From assembly GCF_009914755.1 (NCBI RefSeq), contig NC_060947.1: DNA of 64,000 nt. One strand, written 5' to 3'. Positions 39,715-53,100 of this stretch are shown piece after piece. The notes under the pieces are model-generated. The model worked only from the letters and a program-made list of their open reading frames with translations, was not told where the DNA came from and did not search any database. This stretch comes from the human T2T-CHM13v2.0 reference genome, Homo sapiens. Both the position numbers and the translations under genes were made by a program. How positions within the stretch are numbered: the first letter of the stretch is position 1; each line of letters opens with the position of its first letter.

Positions 39715-41715
39715 AATGGGGAAATATCAATGTAATTCATTCTATTAAGGCTCAGGAAGAAAAATCATATGATCATATCAATTAATGAAAACAAAGTATT
39801 TAACAAAATCCAATACCAATTCATGATTTAAAAAAAAAAAGAAACTCCCAACCAACTAGGAGTAGAGGGGAACATCCACAAATTGATAAAGGACATCTAC
39901 AAAAGTTCTACAGGTAACATCATACTTTATGGTGAAAGACTAAATGCTTTTCTTCTAAAATCAGGAACAAGATTAAGATGTCTGCTCTCATCATTTCTAG
40001 TCAACATTGTGCTGGAGGTTCTAGCCAGTGAAATAAGGAAGCAATAAATAAGAGGCAACCAATTTAGAAAGGAAATAAAACTGTCTTTATACACAGACGA
40101 CATGATTATCTTTGTAAAAAGTTGTAAGAAATCCACAAAACAACTACCAGAACTAGTAAGTGAATACAGCAAGTTCACAGGATACAGGGTCATTATTAAA
40201 AATCAATTCTATTCCTATATACTAGGAATAAACAATCAGAAATTGAAAATTTTAAGAATACCATTCTTAATAGCATCAAAAATATGAAATATTAAGATGT
40301 CAGTTTTCCCAAAATTGATCTATAGATTCAATGCAATTTAAATTTTTTATAGGAACTGATAAGCTGATCTGAAAATTTATGTGGAAAGTCTGAGTACCTA
40401 GAATATCCTAAACAACTTTGAAAAAAGAACAAAGTTGGAGGACCTATGCTACCTGATTTCAAGGCTTATTAGAAAGCTACAGTACATAGTGTTTTTAATA
40501 TAGACAGTAGATCTGGTTGCAGAATAGTGAGCCAAGAAATAAACCCACACATATATGGTCAAATGATCTGCAACAAAAGTGTGAAGCAATTCAATGGAAA
40601 AATTATATTTAAAAGACAAAATACAGCATGGAAGAAAATATTTGCAAATCACTTATCTGATAAAGAACTGTTATCAAGAATATATAATGATCTTTTAAAA
40701 AATCAATAATAAAAAGCACACAACTCAATACTTTTAAATGGAAGAAAGAGAGTCAGGGACAATGGTGGATATCTGTAATCCCAACTACTTGGGAGGCTGA
40801 GGTAACAAGATCACTTGAGCCCAGTTTGAAACCAGCCTGGGCAACATAGCCAGATCTTGTCTCTAAAAACAAATAAACAAAAAATTTAAATGGGTGAAGT
40901 ATTTGAAAAGACACTTCACTAAAGAAGATATATGAAAAGATCCTCAACATCATTAGCCATCAGAGAAATGCAAATTAAAGCCATAATGAGAGACTACTAC
41001 ATACCTATTAGAATAATTAAACTTAAAAAGACTGACCATACCAAGTTTTGATGAGGATATGAGAACCTGAAACTCTCATACACACTGCTGGTGGGAATGT
41101 AAAATGGTACATCCACTTTAGGAAATAGTTTGGCAGTTTCTTATAACATGTACTTACCACATAGTATATGTTACCCAACAGTTCTACTCCAAGGTATTTC
41201 CTAAGAGAAATAAAAGCGTATGTCCACACAAAGACTTGCACACCAATGTCTGTAACAGTTTTATTTGTAGTAACTAAAAACTGGAAACAAATCATTTTGT
41301 CCCTCAACAGATAGTGGATAAACAAACTCTGTTACATCCATGCAACAGAATACTACTTATCAATGAAAAGGAATGAACTGATACATATTATAACGTTAGA
41401 ATCTCAAACTAATTATGCTGAGAGAAAGAAGCCCGACAAAGTATCTTGTGTGATGCTATTTATATAAAATTCTAGAAAATGAAAACTGATCTATAGTGGC
41501 AAAAAGCAGATCAGTCGTTACCTGGAAATGCAGAGGGCATCAGAGACTGGGCTGAGTGGGAAGGGATTACAAAGGATCATGAGGAAACTTTTGGGGGTGA
41601 TGGATATCCTTGTTATTTTGATTGTGATGATGGTTTCACAGGTGTACATAGATGTACATACATATGTAAAAACTTAAATATGTACAATTTGTTGTATGTC
41701 TATAAAGCCGTAAAA
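39715..41715 (+). mobile_element. Old L1 (L1MD/L1ME-like) ORF2 fragments + 3'UTR with internal deletions
   Basis: DDMIIFV..ELVSEYSKFTGY remnant; 3'UTR gaggaaacttttgggggtgatggat...gatggtttcacaggtgta. Confidence 0.8.
40752..40885 (+). mobile_element. FLAM / Alu monomer within the L1
   Basis: ctgtaatcccaactacttgggaggctgagg...gatcacttgagccc...ctgggcaacatagccaga. Confidence 0.8.
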
Positions 41716-41969
41716 ATGATCTCTGTGGCTGAAAATGAAGCTGGTTATAACTTAATCTGGAGTGTGTTTCAGGTATCAGTGGGTTATAAGAGAAAGGATA
41801 TAGATAGGCTTTGAGGCTGGAGTTAAAGAGGCAGGTTAAATAATAGAGACGGGCTATTCTTTAGTTGGCTTCTTGCCAGAACGCTTTTTCAGATAAAGGT
41901 TCTGAGAGACTGATTTAAATTTAGTAATGGCAAAGGAAGATTTCTGTTCCAAGGTTACTAATTGGTTTT

Positions 41970-43947
<1,978 letters not shown>

Positions 43948-44821
43948 TGTTTAATGTCATTGTTAAATTTTTTTATTTTTAATTTTTGTGAGTACATAGT
44001 AGGTATATATATATTTATGGGTTACACGAGATATTTTGATACAGGCACACAATGTGTAATAATCACAACAAGGTAAATGCAGTAACCATCACTTCAAGCA
44101 TGTATCCCTTCTTTGTATTGCAAACAATCCAATTATACTCTTAGTTTTTTAAAATGTACAATATTTTAAAACGTACAATAATAAAATGTACAATGATTGT
44201 TGACTGTAGTCACCTTGTTATGCTATCAAATACTAGATCTTATTCATTCTATCTAACTATATTTTTTACCCTTTAATAATCCCTACTCCCCCACCCATTA
44301 CTACCCTTCCCAGCCTCTGATAACCATCATTCTACTCTACATCCCCACGAGTTCAGTTGTCTTTATTGTTTAGCTCCCACAAATGTGTGAGAATATATGA
44401 AGTTTGTCTGACTTCTTTCAATTAACGTCACGACCTCCATTTCCCTCCATGTTGTTGCAAATGACAGTATCTCATTCTTTTTATGGATAAATAGTACTGC
44501 ATTGTGTATGTGTACCATATCTTCTTTATCCATTCATCTGTTGATAGATACTTAGGTTGCTTCCAAATCTTGGCTATTGTGAATAGTGGCACAATAAACA
44601 TGGGAGTGTAGACATCTCTTTGATATACCGATGTCCTTTCTTTTGGGTATATACCTAGCAGTAGGATTGCTGGATCATATATGGTAGTTCTATTTTTAGT
44701 TTTTTGAGGAACCTCCAAACTGTTCTCCACAGTGATTATAATAATTTACATTCCCACCAACAGTGTACAAGGGTTCCCTATTCTCCACATCCTCATCAGC
44801 ATGTGTTATTGCCCGTCTTTT

Positions 44822-47608
44822 TTTATAAGAAAACATTTTTGAAGCCTTTATTTACAAAAGCTTTAAAAACAAGTAATACCCTCTGTTTTGAAAATAATGT
44901 TTTGTTTAAAAAGGACCACCCAGTTACAGCACTGTAATATCATGAGTAAAGAATGTACAAGGGAGACAAACCAATGTGACTAACATTTGGAGATTTGCTA
45001 ATATTATTGATTGAAGTATAGGTAATACACATTATAACTTGTAGTCAATCATTTCAGGGTAGGGTTAATGATTACCGAAAAGTCTTCCTACATCCTACAC
45101 ATGCTCTGGTCTGGTCACATATTCTGCATGGCTAAATATTTCACAGTCTCTTTTGTCAATATATGTAAAATAGATTGCAAAGATATACACAAAAAAAACA
45201 AGCATTACACTCCTCAGGTAATTTTATTAGCTCTCTCTCTCTATATGACAATATATATATATTCTCATATATTCTCAAGCATCAAAATGTTATACTTGAC
45301 TGAAGATTTGTTTCAGAAAATATTTTATCCTTTATTTATGTACTCATATATATATGAGTACATTATATATATATTATATATATACATTTATATATGGATT
45401 TTGTTTTGTACCAAATCTCTCCATTATTTACCTTTGTAGCAACTAGGAAAGCACAATTTTTGACTTCTAATTTAATTTGGTACAAAATATACCTAAAGAC
45501 TTGTTATCTTTGGATTTTAAAAAAAATCAATTTGTATAACCAACAAATCAAGAGCATCATAAGTATGGCTACAAAATTAAAAAAACAAGGGTAAACAGTG
45601 ATGGAATAAAAATAAGCAGATCAAGGGAAGTGTGCTATCATAAAGTAACTGTAGCTTCAACATCTTGAGTACCAGTTTCCTGGCAGATACTAAGTATTCA
45701 ATCACAAGGAATTTTTCCTGAAGGGGGTAAGACTGGTTTGAAAAGTCTTCAGTCACAGAGCAGCCTACACATGCCAATTAAAAACTGACAGACACTAGAT
45801 GTGCTTGGAAGATTAAACATTATGTACAGAAACAGCAGTTACTAAGCTCCTCAGTAGTTTCTTGTCTTTTTTTTAGTTTCACTGAATTGACAGTTTGCAC
45901 AATAAATGTGCTACATTCTGTGGGTCAAAACCGAGTAAATGCTGTGTAAAGTTGGTAGATGGTCATTTTTCCAGCTAAGATCAAGTAAAAACAACATTTC
46001 TGATAAAACAGAGGTTTTGAGTTAGAATCACTCTCCAAAGTACAAAACTGATGGTCCACAATCTCAAATAGCTAAAACTCCTGCAGAATGGAAGGGAGAG
46101 ACATGAAACAGAGAAATAAATTACAGTCAGTGCTAGTTAATTTAGGAAAAGGGAGAAATAAACCAAACTCCCAAGTAGGTAAAGTTTATCAAAATATTCA
46201 ATGATGTAGCTTTCTCCACTCTGTCACACACGCTTGCTAACAAGTATATTAAATTAAGGCCAAATTTAACCTAAATGTGTTTTTTTGTTGTTGTTGTTTG
46301 TTTGTTCTTTTGTGGGTTTTTTTGTTTTCTTTTTTTAATCTGAGATAGGAACGATCATACTTAGTACTGAAAGGCAGACAATAAAATGGGCCATGAAAGG
46401 GCGGGGGGAAGGGACTGTCTGTTGTTCAAAGGATTCAACCAGAGATAAAACCTATATACAAGCATGTGTGTAGCTCAAAATAAAATAAAAATAAAAGGAC
46501 TATTTCATGTCATGACTGCTTGTTGGCTTCTTCTTCATATGCATTCCCTGTGCCATTCTGTACATAGGATGAACCAGAACCAAGGCCATACAAATGACCA
46601 CAATATTTGGCATCATCAGTATGATCTTCAAAGAACATTCCTCTCATTTTGAAAAAGGCCATTCCTGTCAGCAATGATTTAGATCCTGCCTGATGTGGTG
46701 GTCCTATCTATGCCAGCTCTAACTGTTCTGCCACCTCCTGTAATCCATCTTTGAGATGTTTGCAGCTCTTCATGAGGTACTTCACATCATAAATGACAGG
46801 TAAAAACAATCGAAGGATCTCAAAGAAGTCAAGTTCTTCTTCAGGCAAGTTAGAGTTGGTCAGCATTTTGATTAAATAGCCAAAGTTGTAACTGCTGTGA
46901 AATGACAACCATTTGACCCCTTCACAGAGGACCACTCCTGAAGTCATAAGAAGTTCTGCAAAGTACTGGGTCTCAATTCCTTCCTCATCATGTTTTTTAA
47001 ACTGGATACCAGATGTTGTTAGTAGCTCTATAGAGTTCTGGGCATACATGTCCTCTGTCAAATTAAATTTAAAATTAAACTGCCAAGTTGAAGTTCCTGG
47101 AGGGTATTCTCCTTGCTCATTTATAAATGTCAGTCCTAGCTGAATTATCTTTAACAAGTCTACATTACACCGCAATAGTTGGTATTGATAGTCAGCATTG
47201 CTCCTGAATCCTCCAGTGGGTCTTGCAACCACACCTGGAAACTCGGTGTCCATAGCAACGTAATTATATTTTCGGATAACTTGACGAATTTTCTTCATCT
47301 CTTCATCCACGTTGCAAGCCCAAACTTCACAAATTCTTTGGCTATGATGTACAGTTGCTGCTGGCATAGTGAGGGCACAAGGGAGTCTAGATGCCAAGCA
47401 TCAAAATGTTATACTTGATTGAAGATTTGTTTCAGAGAATATTTTGTCCTTTATTTATGTACTTGTGTCACTGAGCTCTCACTCCTCCTCCTCCCCCTGG
47501 CCATAGAGACAGCACCCGGCGGCAGTGGCAGTGGCGGGTGCCCCATAGACACCTCTCGCCCAGCAAGGGATCTGCACCACACCGTGGTGCGCTGTCACTT
47601 TTCGCACC
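44822..47608 (-). pseudogene. CNOT7: Processed pseudogene (retrocopy) of CNOT7/CAF1a deadenylase: GC-rich 5'UTR, intronless CDS, ~1.7-kb 3'UTR, AATAAA at 44847-44852, short A-tail. I cannot tell which annotated CNOT7 pseudogene it is
   Basis: Intronless MPAATV..SQRICEVWACN..EEMKKIRQVIRKYNYVAMDTEFPGVVARP...AYEEEANKQS*; TSD gcc(c/t)gtctttt at 44811-44821 and 47609-47619; host L1 sequence is continuous across the insertion. Confidence 0.96.
46510..47367 (-). pseudogene. CNOT7: CNOT7-homologous reading frame, 286 codons, no frameshift, single premature TAG at codon 220 (46708-46710); open part 219 aa
   Basis: ATG at 47365-47367; after the TAG the frame continues IGPPHQAGSKSLLTGMAFFKMRGMFFEDHTDDAKYCGHLYGLGSGSSYVQNGTGNAYEEEANKQS* to 46510. 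Confidence 0.93.
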
Positions 47609-49992
47609 GCCTGTCTTTTGAATAAAAGTTAAAATGGATAAAGGCCATTTTCACTGGGGTGAGATGATATCTCATTGTAGTTTCAATTTGCATTTCTCTG
47701 ATGATAGATGATGTTGAGTACCTTTTAATATGCTTCTTTGCCATTTGTATGTCTTCTTTTGAGAAATGTCTATTCAGATCTTTTGCTCATTTTAAAATCG
47801 AATTATTAGATTTTTTTTCCTATGAAGTGGTTTGAGCTCCTTATATATTCTGGTTATTAATCTCTGTCAGATGAGTACTTTGCAAATATTTTCTCCCATT
47901 CTGTGGATTATCTCTTAACTTTGTGGATTGTTTCCTTTGCTATGTAGAAGTTTTTAATTTGATATGCTCCCATTTGTCCATTTTTACTTTGGTTGCCTGT
48001 GCTTGTGGGATATTAAATTTTTGCCCAGTCCAATTTCCTGGAGTTCCCTCAATTTTTTTCTATTAGTGTCATAGTTTGAGGTCCTAGATTTAAGTCTTTA
48101 ATCCATTTTAATTTTATCTTTGTTTACAGTGAGAGATAGGAGTCTAGTTTCATTCTTTTGCAAATGGATATCCAGTTTTCCCAGCACCATTTACTGAAGA
48201 GACTGTCTTTTCCAAATGTATGTTCTTGGAACCTTTATCAAACATGAGTTCACTGTAGATGTATGGATTTATTCCAGGGTTCTGTATTCTGTTCCATAGT
48301 CTATGTGTCTCTTTTAATGCTAGTACCATGCTGTTTGGGTTGCTATAGCTCTGTATTACAATTTGAAGTCAGGTGATGTGATTCTTCCAGTTTTGTTCTT
48401 TTTGCTCAGGATAGCTTTGGCTATTCTGGGTCTTTTGTGGTTCCATATACATTTTAGAATTTTTTTTATTTCCATGAAGAATGTCATTGATATTTTGATA
48501 GGGATTGCATTGAATCAGTAGATAGCTTGGGGTACTATGAATATTTAACAATATTGATTTTTCTAATCCATGAACATGGACTATCTTTTCCATTTTTTGT
48601 GTGTCCTCTTCAATTTCTTACGTCAATGTTTTATAGTTTTCAATGTAGAGATATTTCACTTCTTTGGTTAAGTTTATTCCTAGGTATTGTATTTTATTTG
48701 TGGCTATTTTAATGGGATTACTTTCTTAATTTCTTTTTCAGATTGTTTGCTGCTGACATATAGAAATGCTGTGTTGATTTTTTTTTATCCTGAAACGTTA
48801 CTGAACTTGTTTATCAGTTCTAATTGTTTTTTTGGTGGAGTCTTTAGTTTTTTCCACATATAAGATCATTTCATCTGCAAATAAAGATAATTCAACTTTG
48901 TCCTTTCCAATTTGGATGCCCTTTATATCTTTCTCTCATCCAATTGCTCTAGCCAGGACTTCCAGTACTGTCTTGAATAACAGTGGTGAAAGTGGGCATC
49001 TTTGTCTTATTCCAGATCTTGGAGAAAAGGCTTCCAGTTTTTCCCTATTGAGTATGATACTAACTGTGGGTCTGTTATATATGGCTTTTATTGTATTGAG
49101 GTATGTTCCTTCTATACCCAGTTTGTTGAGGGTTTTTATCATGAACAGATGTTGAATTTTATCAAACTCTTTTTTCAGCATCAATTGAAATGATCATATC
49201 ATTTTTGTCCTTCATTCTGTTGATATGATGTATCACATTGATTGACTTGCATATGTTGAACCATCCTTGCATTCCTGGGATAAATCCCACTTTGTCACAG
49301 TGAGTGATCTCTTTAATGTGTCGTTGAATTCAGTTTGCTAGTATTTTGTTGAGGATTTTTGTATCAATGTTTATCAGGGATATTGGCTTGTAGTTTTCTT
49401 TTTTTGATGTGTTTTTGTCTGGTTTTGGTATCAGGGTAATACTGGCCTTATAGAATGAGTGTGGAAGTACTCCCTCATTCTCTATTTTTTGGAATACTTT
49501 GAGTAGGATTGATATTAGTTCTTTTTTAAATGTTTGATAAAATTCAGCAGTGAAGCAATTGGGTCCCAGGCTTTTCTTTGCTGAGAGATGTTTTATTACA
49601 ACTTCAATCTCATTATTTGTTATTAGTCTGTTCAGGTGATGGATTTCATCATGGTTCAATCTTGGTAGGTTGTATGTGTCTAGGAATTTACCAGTTTCTT
49701 CTAGATTTTTCAATTTATTGGCATACAGTTGTTCATAATAGCCTATAATGATCTTTTGTATTTCTTCAGTGTCAGTTATAATGTCTCCTTTTTCATCTCT
49801 AATTTTATTACTTTAGGTCTTCTCTCTTTTTTGTAGTTAGTTGGGCTAAAGGTTTGTTGATTTTTTTATCTTTTGATAAAAAAACTTTTCATTTTATTGA
49901 TCTTTTGTATTTTTATTTCAAATTTCTACTCTGATCATTATTATTTCTTTTCTTCTAATTTTGAGTTTGCTTCGGTCTTGCATTTCTGTTTC

Positions 49993-50181
49993 TTTTTTAA
50001 CTTTTGTGAGTACATAGCAGGTGTATATATTTGTGAGTTACAGGAGGTATTTTGATACAGGCATGCAGTGCATAATAATCACATCATGATAAATGAGGTA
50101 TCCATTTCCTCAAACATTTATCCCTTGTGTTACAAATAATACAATTATACTATTTTAGTTAGTTTTCAATGTACAATTAAA
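49993..50181 (-). mobile_element. Short L1MA 3'-end insertion nested in ORF2 of the full-length L1MA
   Basis: gagtacatagcaggtgtatatatttgtgagttac...aataatcacatcatga; imperfect flanking repeat tgcatttctgtttcttt / tgcaattctagttcttt. Confidence 0.8.
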
Positions 50182-53100
50182 TGCAATTCTAGTTCTTTAA
50201 GATACATCATTAGGTTGTTCATTTGAAATTTTTCTAGTTTTTTATTGTAGGTGCTTATTGTTATAAACTTTCCTCTTAGTACTGCTTTCACTGTATCCCA
50301 TAGGTTCTTGTATGTTGTGTTTCCATTTTCATTTGCTGCAAGAAATTTTTTAATTTCCTTCTTAGTTTCTTCATTGGCCCACTGGTCATTCAGGAGTATA
50401 TTGTTTAATTTCCATGTGTTTGTATAATGTCCAAAATTCCTCGTTATTGATTTCTAGTTTTATTCCATCATGGTCAGGGAAGATACTTGATATTATTTCA
50501 AGTTTTTGAATGTTTTAAGACTTCTCTTGTGGCCTAACATATGGTCTATCCTTGAGAATGATCCATGTGCTGAGAAGAAGAATATGTACTTTGCAACCCT
50601 TGGATGAAATGTTACGTGAATATCCATTAGGTCCATTTGGTCTATAGTGCAGATTAAGTCTGATGCTTCTTTGTTCATTTTCTGTCTGGATGATGTATCC
50701 AATGCTGAAAGTGAAGTGTTGAAGTCTCCATCTATTATTGTGTTGGGGTCTATCTCTCTCTTTAACTCTAATAACATTTGTTTTATATATCTGGGTCTTC
50801 CAGTGTTGGGTGCATATATACATATATTTAAAATTGTTATATCTTCTTGTTGAATTGACCCCTTTATCATTATATAATGACCTTCTTTGTCTCTTTTATA
50901 GCTTTTGTCTTGAAATATATTTTGTCTGATAGAAGTATAGCTATTCCTGCTAATTTTTTTGTTTCCATTAGCATGGAATATCTTTTCCCATCCCTTTATT
51001 TTCAGTCTATGTTTGTCTTTATACATGAAGTGCATTTCTTGTAGGCAACAGATCATTGGGTCTTGATTTTTTATCCACTTAGCCACTCTATGTTTTTTGA
51101 TTGAAGATTTTAGTCCATTTACACTCAATGTTATTATTGATAAGTAAAGATTTACTCCTGCCATTTTATTACTTGTTTTATATTTTTGTGGTCTTCTCTT
51201 CCTTCTTTCCTTCCTTCCTGTCTTCCTTCTAGTGAAGGTGATTTTCTCTGATGGTATGATTTAATTTCTTGATTTTGATTTTTTGTGTATCTGTTGTACT
51301 TTTTTATTTAAGATTACCACTATGGTTGCAAATAATATCTTATAACCATTTATTTTAAACTGATGGCAACTTAACAATGATTACATATACAAACAAACTA
51401 ACAAGCAAAGAGAAAACGAATAGACACTCTACACTTTAACTTCATCCCCCCACTTTAAAACCTTCTTTTCTATTTATATCTTATTATATTGTCTATGTCT
51501 TGAAAAGTTGTCATAGTTATTATTTTTTATTGGTTCTTCATTTAGTCTTTCTACTTAGGATAAGAGTTATTTACACACCAGAGTTACAATGTTATAATAT
51601 TCTGTGTTTTCCTGTGTACTTACTATTACCAGTGAGTTTCGTATGTGCAGGTGATTATTTATTACTTATTAATGTTCTTTTCTTTCTGATTGAAGTACTC
51701 CCTTTAGCATTTTTTGTAGGACAGGCCTGGTGTTGAAATCCCTCAGCTTTTGTTTGTCTGGGAAAGTCTTTATCTCTCCTTCATGTTTGAAGGATATTTT
51801 CACTGAATATACTATTCTAGGGTAAAAGGTGTTTTTTTTTCCTTCAGCACTTTAAATATGTCATGCCACTCTCTTCTAGCCTGTAGGGTTTCCACTGAGA
51901 AGTCTGCTGCCAGATGTATACAGCTCCATTGTTATGTTATTTGTTTCTTTTCTCTTGCTGCTTTCAGGATCCTTTCTTTATCCTTCACCTTTAGGAGTTT
52001 GATAATTAAATGCTATGAGGTAGTCTTTTTTGGGTTAAATCTGCTTGGTATTCTATAACCTTCTTATACTTGAATATGGATACCTTTCTCCAGGTTTGGG
52101 ATGTTCTCTGTTATCCCTTTGAAGAAAGTTTCTGCCCTGATCTCTCTCTATCTCTTCTTTAAGGCAAATAACTCTTGTATTTGCCCTTTTGAGGCTATTT
52201 TCTAGATCTTATAGGCATGCTTCATTTTTTTGTATTCTTTTTTCTTTTGTCTCCTCTGACTGTGTATTTTCAAATAGCCTGTCTTCAGGCTTACTAATTT
52301 TTGCTTCTGCTTGATCAATTCTGCTAGTAAGAGACTCTGATGCATTCTTCAGTATGCCAATTGCATTTTTCAGCTCCAGAATTTCTTCTTTATTCTTTTG
52401 TTTCAATCTCTTTGTTAAATTTATCTGATAGGATTCTGAATTTCTTCTCTGTGTTAGCTTGGATTTCATTGAGCTTCCTCAAAACAGCTATGTTGAATTC
52501 TCTGAGAAGTCACATATCTCATTTTCTCCAGGATTGGTCACCAATGCCTTATTTAGTTCATTTGGTAAGGTCTTGATGCTTGTGGATATTCATCGATGTC
52601 TGGGCATTGAACAGTTACGTATTGACTAGTCTCCACAGTCTAGGTTTATTTGAACCCATCCTTCTTGGGAGGGCTTTCCAGGTATTTGAAGGGACTTGAG
52701 TGTTGTGATCTAAGTCTTTGGTCACTGCAGCTTTAGGGCCACCCCAAGCCCAATAATGCTGTGGCTCTTGCAGACTCATAGAGGTACCACCTGGTGGTCA
52801 TGGGTAAGATCTGGGAGAATTCCCTGAATTGCCATACAGAGACTCTTGCTCTCTTCCCTTACTTTCCCCCAAACAGAGTCTCTGTCTCTATGCTGAGCTG
52901 TCTGAGGCTAGGAGAGGGGTGACACAAAGCACCACTGTGGCCACCACCACCTGGACTGTGCTGGGTCAGACCCAAAGCCAAGATAGCACTGAGTCTCACC
53001 CCAGGCCTGTGGTAACCACTGCCTGGCTACTGCCTATGTTCACTCAAGGCCCAAGGGCTCTACAATCAGCAGGTGGCAAATCTAGCCAAGCGTACGATAT

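Noticed and set aside
47368-47397. N-terminal extension MASRLPCALT on the CNOT7 ORF
   Set aside because: The ORF track starts at a TTG in the 5'UTR; the homologous initiator is the ATG at 47365-47367
50493-51164. 223-aa ORF (endonuclease-like)
   Set aside because: L1MA ORF2 APE endonuclease remnant with compensating frameshifts (middle segment out of frame)
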